Positions 31,311 through 43,028 are shown, counted from the stretch's first letter. The stretch is DNA of 64,000 bases from Sulfolobaceae archaeon (GCA_038893355.1 JAWARQ010000004.1:96001-160000), one strand, 5' to 3'. Numbers and translations are program-made. The notes: a model not told the origin generated them from the sequence alone.

Positions 31311-33146
31311 CTTATATTTATTCCACACTTCTTTTATTTCATCTAATGACTGTGGATTCTCCAAAGCAGAAGTATCGCCAACTGGTTTGTTTAAGATTAT
31401 AGCTCTAATTAATCTTCTCATAATTTTTGCGTTTCTAGTTTTTGGTAGTTCCCTCACAAAAATTATATCTTCTGGCATGTATGCTTTACCTAGTTTCCTC
31501 TCTAAATATGTTATTAAGTCCTCTTTCTTAACTTCTCCCTTAGATACTGCAAAACAGTAAATTACCTCACCCTTTATCTCATGCGGAATTCCTACGCATG
31601 CTGATTCTACTATTAGTGGATAGGAGTTAATACTATCCTCGATCTCAGCAGGACCAATTCTCTTACCTGCCACTTTTATGACGTCATCACTTCTTCCCAC
31701 TATGTAAATATAACCTTCATTATCATAATATGCTAAATCTCCATGAACCCATACACCCTCCCATCTGGACCAATAAGTCCTTAAGTATCTTTCCTCATCC
31801 CTCCAAAATCCTCTTGTAATACCTGGCCATACACTTAGTACTACTAATTCACCTTCAGTAAATGGTTTTGCTAGCTTTCCGTCTTCATCAAAGATACTAA
31901 CTTCCATACCTGGAGAAGCGCCATTAAATGATGAAGGTTTGATTTCTTTAATTACATAGTTTCCTACTATTCCACCAGAAATCTCAGTGCCTCCAGAATA
32001 GTTAATTATCGGATTCTTGCCTATTGCATTATATAGCCAATTCCAACTATCTACATCGATTGGCTCCCCAGTATTTCCACCTATCCTTACGTGAAGCTTT
32101 GGTATCTGATTAGATTCCCTTTTATAGTTTCTAACTAAAGTTGCCGATAAGCCCAATATGTCAACTTTCATATCCTCAACGAACTTAGTTAACGTGGATA
32201 AACTAACGTAACCCTCAATCATACCTATTGATGAGTTTAATAATAATCCTCCCATAACCATCCATGGCCCCATCATCCAACCCATATCAGTTACCCACAT
32301 AAGTGTCTCTTTAGGTTTTAAATCAAAATGAAAGTAGATATCTGCAATGGCCTTTATTGGAAATCCTCCGTGAACATGAACACAACCTTTTGGCTTTCCT
32401 GTAGTACCTGAAGTATAAATTATCATTAATGGATCTTCTGTAGAGGTCTCCTCTATATAATCACCACCAGTTTTGAGCACATCCTCTTTATAGTCATAAT
32501 CACCCCTATATCCACTTCTACTTAGCACAACTTTACTTATTTTAATCTCAGAAAGATTATCTAACATTCTTATCTCTTTACCCTTTCTTAATGTAGTATC
32601 TACAGTAAAGATTAATTTAGCCTCACTATCCTCAATTCGTGTTCTTATGGGTTCTGATCCAAATCCAGAAAAAAGTGGTACAAAGATCAAACCAGCCCTT
32701 ATTATCCCTAACATTACTGCAATTAATTCTGGAATCATTGGCATATATACTGCAACTCTATCTCCCTTCTTTAATCCTATCTTTTTCAAGAAACTAGCTA
32801 TGGATTTAGCTTGTGCTGCTATTTCGTAATAAGAAACTTTTTTAGCGTTTCCAGTTTCATCCATCCATTTTATAAATATTTCAGAAGTTTCGGGAATATT
32901 TGCAGCTATATTTAATCTTCCATCTATAAACCATTTTGGCCAAGGTTTTCCTCTCGATAAATCTAAAACTTTCGAATATGGTTTTTGAAATTTTAGGTTT
33001 ATCGTATCTAGGAATTCTCTCCAAAAAGATTCTGGCCTTGAATAACTATACTTGATAAATTCTTCTAAATTAGTTAAATTTCTTTCTATCATGAATTTGT
33101 AAACATTACTATTTTCAATCCATTCTTTGTCAGGTTTCCAGTTCAC
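31299..33146 (-). CDS. AMP-forming acyl-CoA synthetase (acetate--CoA ligase-like)
   Basis: YTSGTTGKPKG, TDMGWMMG, SGGTE, HGD, GRSDD, LPKTRNAKIMRR. Confidence 0.92.
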   Translation of the reverse strand: MNWKPDKEWIENSNVYKFMIERNLTNLEEFIKYSYSRPESFWREFLDTINLKFQKPYSKVLDLSRGKPWPKWFIDGRLNIAANIPETSEIFIKWMDETGNAKKVSYYEIAAQAKSIASFLKKIGLKKGDRVAVYMPMIPELIAVMLGIIRAGLIFVPLFSGFGSEPIRTRIEDSEAKLIFTVDTTLRKGKEIRMLDNLSEIKISKVVLSRSGYRGDYDYKEDVLKTGGDYIEETSTEDPLMIIYTSGTTGKPKGCVHVHGGFPIKAIADIYFHFDLKPKETLMWVTDMGWMMGPWMVMGGLLLNSSIGMIEGYVSLSTLTKFVEDMKVDILGLSATLVRNYKRESNQIPKLHVRIGGNTGEPIDVDSWNWLYNAIGKNPIINYSGGTEISGGIVGNYVIKEIKPSSFNGASPGMEVSIFDEDGKLAKPFTEGELVVLSVWPGITRGFWRDEERYLRTYWSRWEGVWVHGDLAYYDNEGYIYIVGRSDDVIKVAGKRIGPAEIEDSINSYPLIVESACVGIPHEIKGEVIYCFAVSKGEVKKEDLITYLERKLGKAYMPEDIIFVRELPKTRNAKIMRRLIRAIILNKPVGDTSALENPQSLDEIKEVWNKYKLRQ

Positions 33147-33583
33147 TTCTTTCTCACTCTCAGAGGAATTTCATAAGAGATAATCTCTACCCTCTCACCA
33201 ATATCAGCTTCATCTTCTACAATAGCTAATAATCCTCCTTTATATCCTTTAAATCTTAATAAAGCTAGTTTTATTGGATTTTCTAACTTATTACCATATT
33301 TATCCTTATATATTATAGTAATGGAGTCTATAAATGCTTCAACTTGATCTAATTCTATAAAGTTCGTTTTTACGTAGCACCTCTCACAATATAATCTTGG
33401 TGGAACATAGATATCTCCACATTTTTCACATTTTGCCCCAGTAATTTTCTTTTCTTTTAATTTCTTTAGAAATATATCACCCGCAACTCCTGCAGTGTAT
33501 ACATATTTTTCTAACTCTATAGCATCTTTCCATGTTAATAATTCATGATCCATTCCAGTCTTTTCTAGTGACATTTCACTCAA
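33143..33583 (-). CDS. DUF35 Zn-ribbon/OB-fold protein
   Basis: CEKCG...PPRLYCERC followed by an OB fold. Confidence 0.88.
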   Translation of the reverse strand: MSEMSLEKTGMDHELLTWKDAIELEKYVYTAGVAGDIFLKKLKEKKITGAKCEKCGDIYVPPRLYCERCYVKTNFIELDQVEAFIDSITIIYKDKYGNKLENPIKLALLRFKGYKGGLLAIVEDEADIGERVEIISYEIPLRVRKK

Positions 33584-34079
33584 TCACCTTAAAGCATTCT
33601 ATATCATTTATACTTCCTATTCTTTCATTTTTATTTTTCCATACTGCCTTAACTTTTTTACCAAATAAGCTCATATTTCTTACTTCATCATAACTTGCAC
33701 AAATTCTATGGAAAATTCCAGGAAATATCCAATCATTTGGCCTAGATGGTTCAAGTTTTATTATACCTATTATTTCGGGTTTCTCTAATCTCTCTCTAGT
33801 CCAAGAAATAAAGCTAGCAACTACTGTTATTACTTCACCTTCATCCTTAACTTCTACCCACTCATCAGTAGGTCTGAAGCAGTCTTCACAATACATTCTC
33901 GGTGGAACATAAACTCTATTACATTTCTTACATTTCCTACCTATTATCTTTCCTTCTTTTAAAGCTAGTAAGTATTTACTGTAAGCCTGGCCTGCAGTAA
34001 AAGAGTATTTTAAATTAGGTATGTATTCAACTAATTCAAATTTAGATAACTCATCTTCTCTCAATGGAGTTCCTTTCAT
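33576..34079 (-). CDS. DUF35 Zn-ribbon/OB-fold protein
   Basis: CKKCNRVYVPPRMYCEDC followed by an OB fold. Confidence 0.88.
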   Translation of the reverse strand: MKGTPLREDELSKFELVEYIPNLKYSFTAGQAYSKYLLALKEGKIIGRKCKKCNRVYVPPRMYCEDCFRPTDEWVEVKDEGEVITVVASFISWTRERLEKPEIIGIIKLEPSRPNDWIFPGIFHRICASYDEVRNMSLFGKKVKAVWKNKNERIGSINDIECFKVIE

Positions 34080-34093
34080 CCTTAGTCACCTTT

Positions 34094-35272
34094 TTAATTT
34101 TTCATAATAATTACTGTTGAGGCTTGCATTAAATCACCCCAGGCCTGTGCTAATCCAGTAGTTACTGGTTTCTTTACCTGCATTCTACCTGCAGTACCCT
34201 TAAGCTGCCAGTAGATGCTTATAACCTTCATTAATCCTGCAGCAGCTATTGGATTTCCTACTCCTAATAATCCTCCACTAGGACTGCTAGGTATTTCGCC
34301 ATCTCTATCAAAATAACCGTCTCGCAATAGTTTTACTGCCTCCCCCCTTTTAGCAATTAATAAACCTTCTATATGATGTAATTCTTTATAATCAAACGGA
34401 TCGTATGGCTCAATTACATCGATTTCTTTATTTGGTCTTTCAATTCCAGCAATTCTATACGCCATTCTCGCTGCATATTCTAAATACCTTGGATAAGCTA
34501 ATTCTCTCCCAGTCCATTCTGTATTATCTAAAGCCCAACCAACTCCTTCTACCCATACTGGTATATCAGTATATCGTCTTGCAATATCTTCTGCTACAAA
34601 AACCATTGCAGCAGCTCCATCACTAACTGGGCTAATATCTAATAATTGTACAGGCCAAACTAGAATCTCACTCTTTAAAACATCCTCTACGGTAATATTT
34701 CCAGCAGCTTGAGCATAAGGATTATCAAGAGCATTTCTTTTATTTTTAACAGAAACCAGTGCAATATCCTCTTTCTTAATTCCATATACCTTCATATATC
34801 TATGCATTTCAAGTGCAAATATCCATATTAAATTTGGATTTAATGGTTTTTCAGTTATAGGATCCCAAATATATCTAAATACTGCCTGTGGATGAGGTCT
34901 AGCAGCACTCATCTTTTCCTCTGCTACTGCTAATACTTTATCACATAATCCACTTGCTACATGATAAAATGCTGTAATTGCTGTCATAACACCCGTAGCA
35001 CCTCCTACGAAGACTCTACTAACCATCTTCCTAATACCGCCTGCACCATGTGAAAGATATTCTCCCTTCATGTGTATTCCATCAAATGCGTCCGGTGCAC
35101 TACCAATTACTACACAATCTATATCCTTTAATTCTAGTCCCGCTTCATCTAATGCAGCTCTAGATGCCTCCCATGCAAGTTCTTGCGGAGTTTCTAACAT
35201 CCTTCGTCTAAATAATGTCAAACCTGCGCCTATTGCAGCTACTCTTCTCTTAAAATGAATATTTGGCCTCAT
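34094..35272 (-). CDS. SCP2/thiolase-superfamily protein lacking the canonical catalytic Cys
   Basis: VSVKNKRNALDNPYAQ, SPVSDGAAA, SGGLLGVGNPIAAAG; GGATG at the position of CASG. Confidence 0.88.
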   Translation of the reverse strand: MRPNIHFKRRVAAIGAGLTLFRRRMLETPQELAWEASRAALDEAGLELKDIDCVVIGSAPDAFDGIHMKGEYLSHGAGGIRKMVSRVFVGGATGVMTAITAFYHVASGLCDKVLAVAEEKMSAARPHPQAVFRYIWDPITEKPLNPNLIWIFALEMHRYMKVYGIKKEDIALVSVKNKRNALDNPYAQAAGNITVEDVLKSEILVWPVQLLDISPVSDGAAAMVFVAEDIARRYTDIPVWVEGVGWALDNTEWTGRELAYPRYLEYAARMAYRIAGIERPNKEIDVIEPYDPFDYKELHHIEGLLIAKRGEAVKLLRDGYFDRDGEIPSSPSGGLLGVGNPIAAAGLMKVISIYWQLKGTAGRMQVKKPVTTGLAQAWGDLMQASTVIIMKN

Positions 35273-36408
35273 TTTCTACTCACCACTGCAACACTGCCAG
35301 TAAATGTTGGGACTCCTCTCCATGAAGCTACTACTGCTTTAGACTTTCCTGATCTTAAATATTCTACTGCATCTAGAAGTAGAGAAATTCCAGACGCTTC
35401 TAAAGGTACACCTTTAGCAAGATGTCCACCATAAGGATTTACTGGAATTTTACTATCTCTTTCAAATTCACCTTCTCTAAGTGCTAGTACTGAATTATCA
35501 AATATCTTTAATGCATCGACATGTTGAAGTTCTTTATAGCTATACCTATCATCTACAAATACTCCTTCTACTTCATTTTTAGGTGTTTTAATCTTAGCCA
35601 TCGAATATGCCCTTTCTGCAGAAATTCTAATGTACATTGCTTCTCCCAAATTTGATGTCTCTAAATTAGAGGAGTCTGTGGAAAAGAAAATTCCATCAAT
35701 CCAGATTGGAGTATCATTAAATTTTCTTGCTACAGTTTCAGAGGCCACTACGACAACTATCGCGGCATCAACGAAACTTGCAATATCTAAATCAGTTAAT
35801 GGAAATACTACAAAGTCTCTGGATATTACATCTTCTGGAAGAATTTTTGATGCAAATGGAGCCCTATTTGAGTATAGACCATTTCTTTTATTTTTACTAA
35901 CTATTAATGCTAAATCTTCTCTAGTAACTCCTTTTTTCCTCATGAATATATTCGCATCAAGTCCAGCAATGAAGTGATAAGGAATCTTCAATTTACTAGC
36001 TATTGGTCTTAAATAAATTGGATCCATTCCAAATTCTATGACATCTTGTATAGTTATGATATCACTAGGTTTTGCGTGGGATTCTACTACTACAACATCA
36101 GCTAGACCAGCATTTATCTGCATGAATGCATGGGCTATACATTGTAAACCGTCTCCAGTAACTGTCATAGTTGGCCTCATAGCACCACCTATTGGGTCTG
36201 GTGCAAATTCATCAGCTATTGCTATTCCTTCCCAGAAATCCTCTTGGCAAGATATAAATGAATCTACGTCAGTCCTTGGATTTAAAGAGTTTGCATCTTC
36301 ATAAGCCCTAATTGCTGCCTCAAACATCATCTCTCTGAATGATAAATGCTTAATATTTGGTTCAAAACCATACCAACCTATTCCCACTATTCCGACCCTT
36401 TCTCTCAA
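35269..36408 (-). CDS. Thiolase-superfamily protein (second, degenerate subunit)
   Basis: VSKNKRNG, VDAAIVVVV, PVNPYGGHLAKGVPLEASG. Confidence 0.85.
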   Translation of the reverse strand: MRERVGIVGIGWYGFEPNIKHLSFREMMFEAAIRAYEDANSLNPRTDVDSFISCQEDFWEGIAIADEFAPDPIGGAMRPTMTVTGDGLQCIAHAFMQINAGLADVVVVESHAKPSDIITIQDVIEFGMDPIYLRPIASKLKIPYHFIAGLDANIFMRKKGVTREDLALIVSKNKRNGLYSNRAPFASKILPEDVISRDFVVFPLTDLDIASFVDAAIVVVVASETVARKFNDTPIWIDGIFFSTDSSNLETSNLGEAMYIRISAERAYSMAKIKTPKNEVEGVFVDDRYSYKELQHVDALKIFDNSVLALREGEFERDSKIPVNPYGGHLAKGVPLEASGISLLLDAVEYLRSGKSKAVVASWRGVPTFTGSVAVVSRK

Positions 36409-36448
36409 AAACTCACCGCCATAATCTTTTCACTACAAATATAAATTT

Positions 36449-37579
36449 TTAAAGTAATATTGATATGTTAGCCGTATCAATATATTTGGAGATTATATGT
36501 AATTGAATCTCGTCAGTACCTTCTCCTATTCTCACTAGCCTAATATCCCTATAAGCCCTTTCAGTTTTAGAACCCTTTGCGAATCCAATCCCTCCAAGGA
36601 TCTGTAAAGAAGTATCTATCACTTCTTGGGCAGTTTGCGCTAAGAATAATTTAAGCATTGAAATTTTATGCGTAATACTATCACCATATTTGTCATATAA
36701 AATTGAAATTTCCTTAAGGTATGTATTCATAATATCTAGGTTAGTATATAATCTTGCCAAATACCATCTAATTCCTTGAAATTCAATCAATTTATTACCG
36801 AAAGATTCTCTACTTTTTGCCCACTCTAATGCTTCCGCAAATGAGCTCACTGCTAAACCATACGCAATTGCAGATATCGCAATCCTCCCGACATTTAATA
36901 CATGCTTTATAATTTTCCATCCCTTATTTACTTCTCCTAACAGATGATCTTTAGGTATTTCACAATCATTGAATCCAACTTCAGCAGTCCCAGTGCCTCT
37001 GCAGCCCATTACCTCAATTTTTCTTACCTCTACGCACTTATCTCTAGGAACTATAAATAGTGAGATGCCCTTTTCTCGATCTTCTAACTTTCCAGTTCTT
37101 GCTGCTACAACATAAAAGTCAGCAACTGTGCCTTGTGTTGTCCACATTTTCTTTCCCTTTATTATCCAGCTATCTCCCTTTTGAGTTGCCATAGTTCTTA
37201 TTGCTGCTGCATCACTTCCGCAACAAGGTTCACTTAGTCCAAAACCGCCTATCCTTTTACCTTCTGCAAGAGGGAATAAGTAATTGTCATTCAATGCTTT
37301 ATTTCCTACATATCTTAATGCCTCACCTACTAATTCGCCCTGTGCATCCTGGATTAATGCTACAGAACCACTATACTTAGCAATTTCTGCTATTATCTTA
37401 ACCATCTGATAATGATTTAAACCATTTAATAGCGGTACCAAATATCCAAGTTCTCCCATCTTCCTTACTAGCTCTCTTGGATACCAATCTTCTCTATCAA
37501 TTTTTTCACTTATTGGTTCTATTTCTCTTTTTGAGAATTCCTTAACACTTTCTAAAATTATATCCTCCTCGTAATTCAA
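36449..37579 (-). CDS. Acyl-CoA dehydrogenase
   Basis: FGLSEPCCGSD, GKKMWTT, GRIAI, RESFG, RIGEGTDEIQ. Confidence 0.92.
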   Translation of the reverse strand: MNYEEDIILESVKEFSKREIEPISEKIDREDWYPRELVRKMGELGYLVPLLNGLNHYQMVKIIAEIAKYSGSVALIQDAQGELVGEALRYVGNKALNDNYLFPLAEGKRIGGFGLSEPCCGSDAAAIRTMATQKGDSWIIKGKKMWTTQGTVADFYVVAARTGKLEDREKGISLFIVPRDKCVEVRKIEVMGCRGTGTAEVGFNDCEIPKDHLLGEVNKGWKIIKHVLNVGRIAISAIAYGLAVSSFAEALEWAKSRESFGNKLIEFQGIRWYLARLYTNLDIMNTYLKEISILYDKYGDSITHKISMLKLFLAQTAQEVIDTSLQILGGIGFAKGSKTERAYRDIRLVRIGEGTDEIQLHIISKYIDTANISILL

Positions 37580-37629
37580 GTTTTCACCTATGCTAAAAAT
37601 AAATATCTCAATTTAAAATAATATCATAT

Positions 37630-39510
37630 ATGAACGTATATAACTATTCGTTAAATAAAATAAAAACATTGGCAGATGAGGCAGTTAAAAATCCTGAAAA
37701 ATTTTGGTCAGATAAAGTTAGTTATATAGATTGGTTTATAAAACCTAAGAAAATTATTGAAGGTGAATTTCCTAATTTTAAGTGGTTTGTAGGTGGTTTT
37801 TCTAATTTATCTTATAATGCAGTAGATAGACATTTAGAAAGAAAGAGGAATAAAGTCGCATATTATTGGGTTAATGAGAGATTTGAGACAAAAACGATTT
37901 CTTATAATGATCTATTTTTCGAGGTTAATAGGGCTGCATACGTTTTAAGAGAACTTGGAGTTAAGAAGGGAGATACTGTTTCCCTTCTTATGCCAAATAT
38001 TCCAGAAAGTGTATATTTCGGTCTCGCAGTTCATAGGTTAGGTGCTATATTAGTAATACATTATATAGGTTTAAGTGAGGAGACTTTAGCTTATAGATTG
38101 CAAGATTGTGGATCAAAGGTAATAGTAGTCGTATCAAAGACTTATAGAGGTGGTAACGAGGTAAGGGTCAAGGATATAATAGATAATGTAATCTCCAAAT
38201 ATAAAACTCCGATCCAAAAAGTATTAGTCGTAAAGAGAGGATTTGAAGACTTTAATATTAATGGAGAGAGAGATCTGGTATATGAGGATATTGCACCTAA
38301 AGGTAAAGTTTACATTGAGCCAGAGCCCGTTGAATCAAATGATGTAGGAACTATATACTATACTTCTGGAACTACCGGAAAACCAAAAGGGCTATATCAT
38401 ACTCAACTTGGATATGTAATTGGATTAAATTGGGCATTTAGAGGCCTTTTTGATCCTAAACCAGATGAAGTTTGGTGGACTCTCTCAGAGTTAGGATGGC
38501 CAGTATGGCCAATGGCTAACCTTTATACAATTCCAGTAATGGGACTTACTGGAGTTCTATTTGAGGGGTATATAGGATATAGGCGAGAATTATTTTCTAA
38601 AATAATTGAGAGATTTTCAGTAAATATACTTTGGAGTTCAACAACTACACTTTATACCCTCAGACAACTTGGAGAAGAATCAGTAAGAGGTGGTGATACA
38701 AGCTCATTAAGAATAATACTGAATACTGGAGAACCACTTAATATAGGCGCATGGAAATGGTTAAGGGAAAATCTTCCTAGCACAATAATAGCTGATGCGT
38801 ATTGGAGTACTGAACATTTAATTCCAATTGCTGCCACTCCTTTTGGGATAGGCGAGATTCCATTTAAGCCAGGTTCTGCTGGAATTGTATTCCCTGGTTC
38901 TCAGTTCTTTATTGTAGATGATGATGGAAACCTATTAAGGCCAGGGCAAAAGGGTTACATTGTATTAAAGCCTATTCATCCCGCATTTGGAAAAATGTGG
39001 AATGATCCTGATGGGAAGAGATATTATGAGTCGTATTTCTCTAGATTTCCTGGATATTTCTATACTGGTGACTTCGGTTACGTAGATGAAGACGGATATA
39101 TCTTCGTATTAGGTAGGGCAGATGATGTGATAAGAGAGAAGGGCGAAAGAATAGGAACATTAGAAGTAGAAAATGTTATTGCAACACACCCGTTAGTTGC
39201 AGAAGTTGCAGTTATAGGGGTTTCTAAAGAAGGCGTGGGAAAAGTAATTGCGTTTGTAGTACCTAAGGCCGGGATTACTGGAGGTGAAATGCTAGAGACC
39301 GATATTAAAAACTATGCTAGAAATTCTGGATTTATCGTTGATGAAGTAATTTCTGTGCAAAAATTACCTAAGACTAAGAGTGGTAAAATTATGAGAAGAT
39401 TACTTAGAGCTATATTACGTGGCGAACCAATAGGTGATGTTTCCACTCTAGATGATTTAAAGAGTATAGACCTTATAAAGGATGCTCTTTCTAGGAAGAA
39501 GGTAATATAA
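37630..39510 (+). CDS. AMP-forming acyl-CoA synthetase
   Basis: YTSGTTGKPKG, TGEPL, YWSTE, YTGD, GRADD, LPKTKSGKIMRR. Confidence 0.92.
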   Translation: MNVYNYSLNKIKTLADEAVKNPEKFWSDKVSYIDWFIKPKKIIEGEFPNFKWFVGGFSNLSYNAVDRHLERKRNKVAYYWVNERFETKTISYNDLFFEVNRAAYVLRELGVKKGDTVSLLMPNIPESVYFGLAVHRLGAILVIHYIGLSEETLAYRLQDCGSKVIVVVSKTYRGGNEVRVKDIIDNVISKYKTPIQKVLVVKRGFEDFNINGERDLVYEDIAPKGKVYIEPEPVESNDVGTIYYTSGTTGKPKGLYHTQLGYVIGLNWAFRGLFDPKPDEVWWTLSELGWPVWPMANLYTIPVMGLTGVLFEGYIGYRRELFSKIIERFSVNILWSSTTTLYTLRQLGEESVRGGDTSSLRIILNTGEPLNIGAWKWLRENLPSTIIADAYWSTEHLIPIAATPFGIGEIPFKPGSAGIVFPGSQFFIVDDDGNLLRPGQKGYIVLKPIHPAFGKMWNDPDGKRYYESYFSRFPGYFYTGDFGYVDEDGYIFVLGRADDVIREKGERIGTLEVENVIATHPLVAEVAVIGVSKEGVGKVIAFVVPKAGITGGEMLETDIKNYARNSGFIVDEVISVQKLPKTKSGKIMRRLLRAILRGEPIGDVSTLDDLKSIDLIKDALSRKKVI

Positions 39511-39551
39511 TAACTTTTTTTACTCTAAGTATTTCATGTTTTAGATATACT

Positions 39552-40826
39552 GTGTCAAAGGAGGAATTACTGGAAATTTTAAAGACAGGTAGGGCGGATT
39601 ATGTAAGAGTAGAATTTATAGACATTCTTGGAAATGTAAGGGGAAGATCATTAAGAAGGTTAGAATTTGAAAGGATTCTAGAGGAGAGAGGAGTTGTTTT
39701 TTCAGAATCTTTGTTAATATTAGATTATAAAGAAAGACCAATAGAAAAGGAGTATTATGATATAATAGCACAACCAGATCCTTCTACTTTTACTTTTATT
39801 CCATATCTTGAAAGAACCGGAAGAGTGTACTCATATTTACTATCTTATGATGGCAATCCTCACCCTTTATGCAGTAGGACTATTTTAAGGAATGCTATTA
39901 GTAAATTAGAGGAATTAGGATTATCGTTGCAAGTAGCGTTTGAACCAACATTTTATCTCTTAGACTCGAAGACCTTAGAACCAGCGGATGAAGCTAGGGC
40001 TTTCTCACCTGAGGGTTTATTAGAGCAACAGAATTTGTTAAAGGATATAATAAAGAACATGGAAGGAATGGGAATACAAGTTGAGATGATAAATAAGCAC
40101 TATGGTTATGCACAGTATGAACTAACCTTATCACCCACGCATGCTATAAATGCATCAGATTTTCTAATAGCTTCAAGAGAGATAATTAGGGATGTTGCCA
40201 GGCTTTATGGTAAAATAGCAACATTTATGCCACGTCCATTTAGTGACAAGCCAAGCAGTAGTATGGATATTTACATTAAACTATTAGACTTGTCTAAAGG
40301 TAAAAATTTAATGATTGACTATAACGAGCAATTAGGCATAAGTAAGATTGCACTTAGATTCATTTCTGGTATAATCCATCATATTGATTCTCTCATGGCT
40401 TTTGCTTCTCCTACAATTAACTCATATAAGAGGCAAAATGATCTATTTTATCCAAACATTGTAGGAGTTGGTAATGAAAGGCACTTCATTTTTAGGGTTC
40501 CCAGTAATTTTAGAGAAAAGGGTCTAATTGAACTAAGAGTAGCTGATCCATTAGCTAACCCTTACTTATTATTAGCAGGTATAATTTACGCTGGAATTAG
40601 AGGAATAAATGAAGGGTTAGAAATCGATGTAAATCAGAAAATAAAGTATCTTCCAACAACACTTAAGGATGCTATAGATAGTTTAGAAGAAGATGATTAT
40701 CTAAAGAGAAATCTGGGAAAGGAAATTATTGAAAAGTATATTAAGATTAAGAAGAGAGAAATAGAGGACTATAATAATGAAGTTACAGATTGGGAAAGAA
40801 AGGCTTATTTAAAATTAGGTTGGTAA
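39552..40826 (+). CDS. Glutamine synthetase-family (GSI-like) protein with non-canonical active-site motifs
   Basis: [52 protein letters not shown]; SSSMDIY in place of GSGMHxH. Confidence 0.85.
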   Translation: MSKEELLEILKTGRADYVRVEFIDILGNVRGRSLRRLEFERILEERGVVFSESLLILDYKERPIEKEYYDIIAQPDPSTFTFIPYLERTGRVYSYLLSYDGNPHPLCSRTILRNAISKLEELGLSLQVAFEPTFYLLDSKTLEPADEARAFSPEGLLEQQNLLKDIIKNMEGMGIQVEMINKHYGYAQYELTLSPTHAINASDFLIASREIIRDVARLYGKIATFMPRPFSDKPSSSMDIYIKLLDLSKGKNLMIDYNEQLGISKIALRFISGIIHHIDSLMAFASPTINSYKRQNDLFYPNIVGVGNERHFIFRVPSNFREKGLIELRVADPLANPYLLLAGIIYAGIRGINEGLEIDVNQKIKYLPTTLKDAIDSLEEDDYLKRNLGKEIIEKYIKIKKREIEDYNNEVTDWERKAYLKLGW

Positions 40827-40827
40827 G

Positions 40828-41841
40828 ATGCTTGCAGCGCTATTAGAAAATTTTAATTCGGATTTGGTTATAAAAGATGTAGATTTTCCAATTAGGAAAA
40901 ATTCTATGGAAAGTATAATAAGGGTTGAAGCAACTGGGTTATGTCATGGTGACTTACATATTATAAAAGGTGATTGGAATTATTTTATTAAAATAAATTT
41001 ACCTAAAATACTTGGACATGAGGTGATAGGAAGAATAGTAGAGTCTGATTTTTTTAGTAAGGGTGATCTAGTTGCAGTATATAATATTTTAGGATGTAAC
41101 GAATGCAGATACTGTAAAGTTGGAAAACCACAGTATTGTAATACTCCAAAATTTTTAGGTATAGATTTTGATGGCGGTTTCGCTGAATACATGCTAGTAC
41201 CAGATAATTCAATGTTATTTAAGGTGGAAGGCGATCCTATAGCCCTAGCTCCATTAGTAGATTCTGGAATTACTGCATATAATGCTGTAAAGGATATAGA
41301 AGAAAATGCAAGTATATTAATAATAGGAACATCAGCAGTAGCACAAATTGCATTACAAATATTAAAGTATAAGAACGTTGGCGAAATTATCGTAGTGGGA
41401 AGGAATATGAAAAGATTAGAAATATTTGAGAGATTTGGTGCAGATACTATTATTCCTTTAGAGAATTATGAAAGACTTAGTGAAAATCTTTTAAAAGTGT
41501 TAGGGAACAAGAAGAAATTCGATTATATACTAGATTTTATAGGTTCTGATAATACTTTGCGCGATATTATTTGGTTTTTAGCCAAGAATGGAGAATTAAG
41601 AATAATAGGCGAATTTGGAGGTAATTTGCAAGTAAACGAGAATTTGTTAGTGTTAAGGGGTTTAAGAATTAAGGGAATACTTTATGGAGATAAATCTGAC
41701 TTTATAAAAGTTTATAAATTATATAAAAATAATATAATAAAAATAATAACTACTAAATATTCATTATATGAAATAAATAAGGCAATTAAAGACCTCTATA
41801 ATGGTAATATAATAACTCGTGCAGTAATAACTCCTCAATAA
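40828..41841 (+). CDS. Zn-dependent alcohol dehydrogenase (MDR family)
   Basis: GLCHGD, GHE, CNECRYC...YC, DGGFAEY. Confidence 0.9.
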   Translation: MLAALLENFNSDLVIKDVDFPIRKNSMESIIRVEATGLCHGDLHIIKGDWNYFIKINLPKILGHEVIGRIVESDFFSKGDLVAVYNILGCNECRYCKVGKPQYCNTPKFLGIDFDGGFAEYMLVPDNSMLFKVEGDPIALAPLVDSGITAYNAVKDIEENASILIIGTSAVAQIALQILKYKNVGEIIVVGRNMKRLEIFERFGADTIIPLENYERLSENLLKVLGNKKKFDYILDFIGSDNTLRDIIWFLAKNGELRIIGEFGGNLQVNENLLVLRGLRIKGILYGDKSDFIKVYKLYKNNIIKIITTKYSLYEINKAIKDLYNGNIITRAVITPQ

Positions 41842-41864
41842 TAAATATCTGTTTAAGTAAGAAT

Positions 41865-43028
41865 ATGAAAATGAAATCATTAATAAAAGCTGGATTGGCA
41901 CTTAGTAGTTCCTCAATTTTGCATAATGTATATGTGGGAATTGAAGATGGACGAATTAACGTTCTTACCAATGAATTACCACAAGATTTTGAGGATGCAG
42001 AGTTAATAATAGGAAATTGGGATAGAGTAATTTGTCCAAGTTTTGTAATAATTCATAGTAGTATATTCTTCTTTCCTTTTAGATTTAGAATATTTAGTGG
42101 AAAATTAAATCCTTATGATATACTTTCGATAGCAACTCCTAATGATGCATACTATTTTGCAATTTTAGCTGCATATCACCTTTTAAAAACTGGAGTTACG
42201 ACAGTAGTATTTTCCGATCCTTTCCCTGAAAGCATTGCAAGGGGTATTATGGCCGTAGGAATTAGACCCGTAATTGCTGTAGGAGTCGGTTGTCCTTTCT
42301 CATCAGAAGATTGGGAGAAAGAGTTTTTGAGTTTATATAATAGATGGTCCTCTACATCTCAACCAAGTGTAATATTAAAACTATGTGATATAACACGCGC
42401 AAAAGAAGTATTTGAGTTTTCAAGAAATTATAACATTCCAGTCTTAGTTGATAGTATAGTAGATTTATCAAAGGTACCTAGAAATCTGCTAAGTAAAAAT
42501 ATCATAGCACTTGGAGGATGTTCTAGAAGAGATTTAGATATAATAAGACAATTTAACATAAAGTTATCTACAAATCCTTCAATTGAAATTTGTAATTTTA
42601 CATTAGGTGCGGAAAGACCATCAATATCATTAGATTTAGTACCATCATATGATGTTAGGAATTTATTAAACATAGCTACTTCGAGACTACTTTTAACACC
42701 AGAAGAGGCATTTAAGTCAGTTACGTTATGGGGCTATGAACAATTAGGGATGAAAGATTTTGGTGAAATTAAAATAGGGAATGTTGCTGACTTACTTGTA
42801 TTTTCATATAATGAACCATTATCATTACCAATTGATAGAGATGCACCTTATGAAACCTTAGTTTTCTCTGCGTATAATTTAGAGTCTGTATTGGTAAACG
42901 GAGAAGCAATACTTGATGGCGGTGTTCCGTTAAATGTGGGTATGAAGGATATAGAGAAAGCAATGGAGAGAGTGAGTGAAGTTGATAGAAAATATAAAAA
43001 TTTGGAAAAAAATAGAAATATTAGGTGA
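41865..43028 (+). CDS. Amidohydrolase-fold protein (MtaD/SsnA-like) with an eroded metal site
   Basis: [43 protein letters not shown]. Confidence 0.75.
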   Translation: MKMKSLIKAGLALSSSSILHNVYVGIEDGRINVLTNELPQDFEDAELIIGNWDRVICPSFVIIHSSIFFFPFRFRIFSGKLNPYDILSIATPNDAYYFAILAAYHLLKTGVTTVVFSDPFPESIARGIMAVGIRPVIAVGVGCPFSSEDWEKEFLSLYNRWSSTSQPSVILKLCDITRAKEVFEFSRNYNIPVLVDSIVDLSKVPRNLLSKNIIALGGCSRRDLDIIRQFNIKLSTNPSIEICNFTLGAERPSISLDLVPSYDVRNLLNIATSRLLLTPEEAFKSVTLWGYEQLGMKDFGEIKIGNVADLLVFSYNEPLSLPIDRDAPYETLVFSAYNLESVLVNGEAILDGGVPLNVGMKDIEKAMERVSEVDRKYKNLEKNRNIR

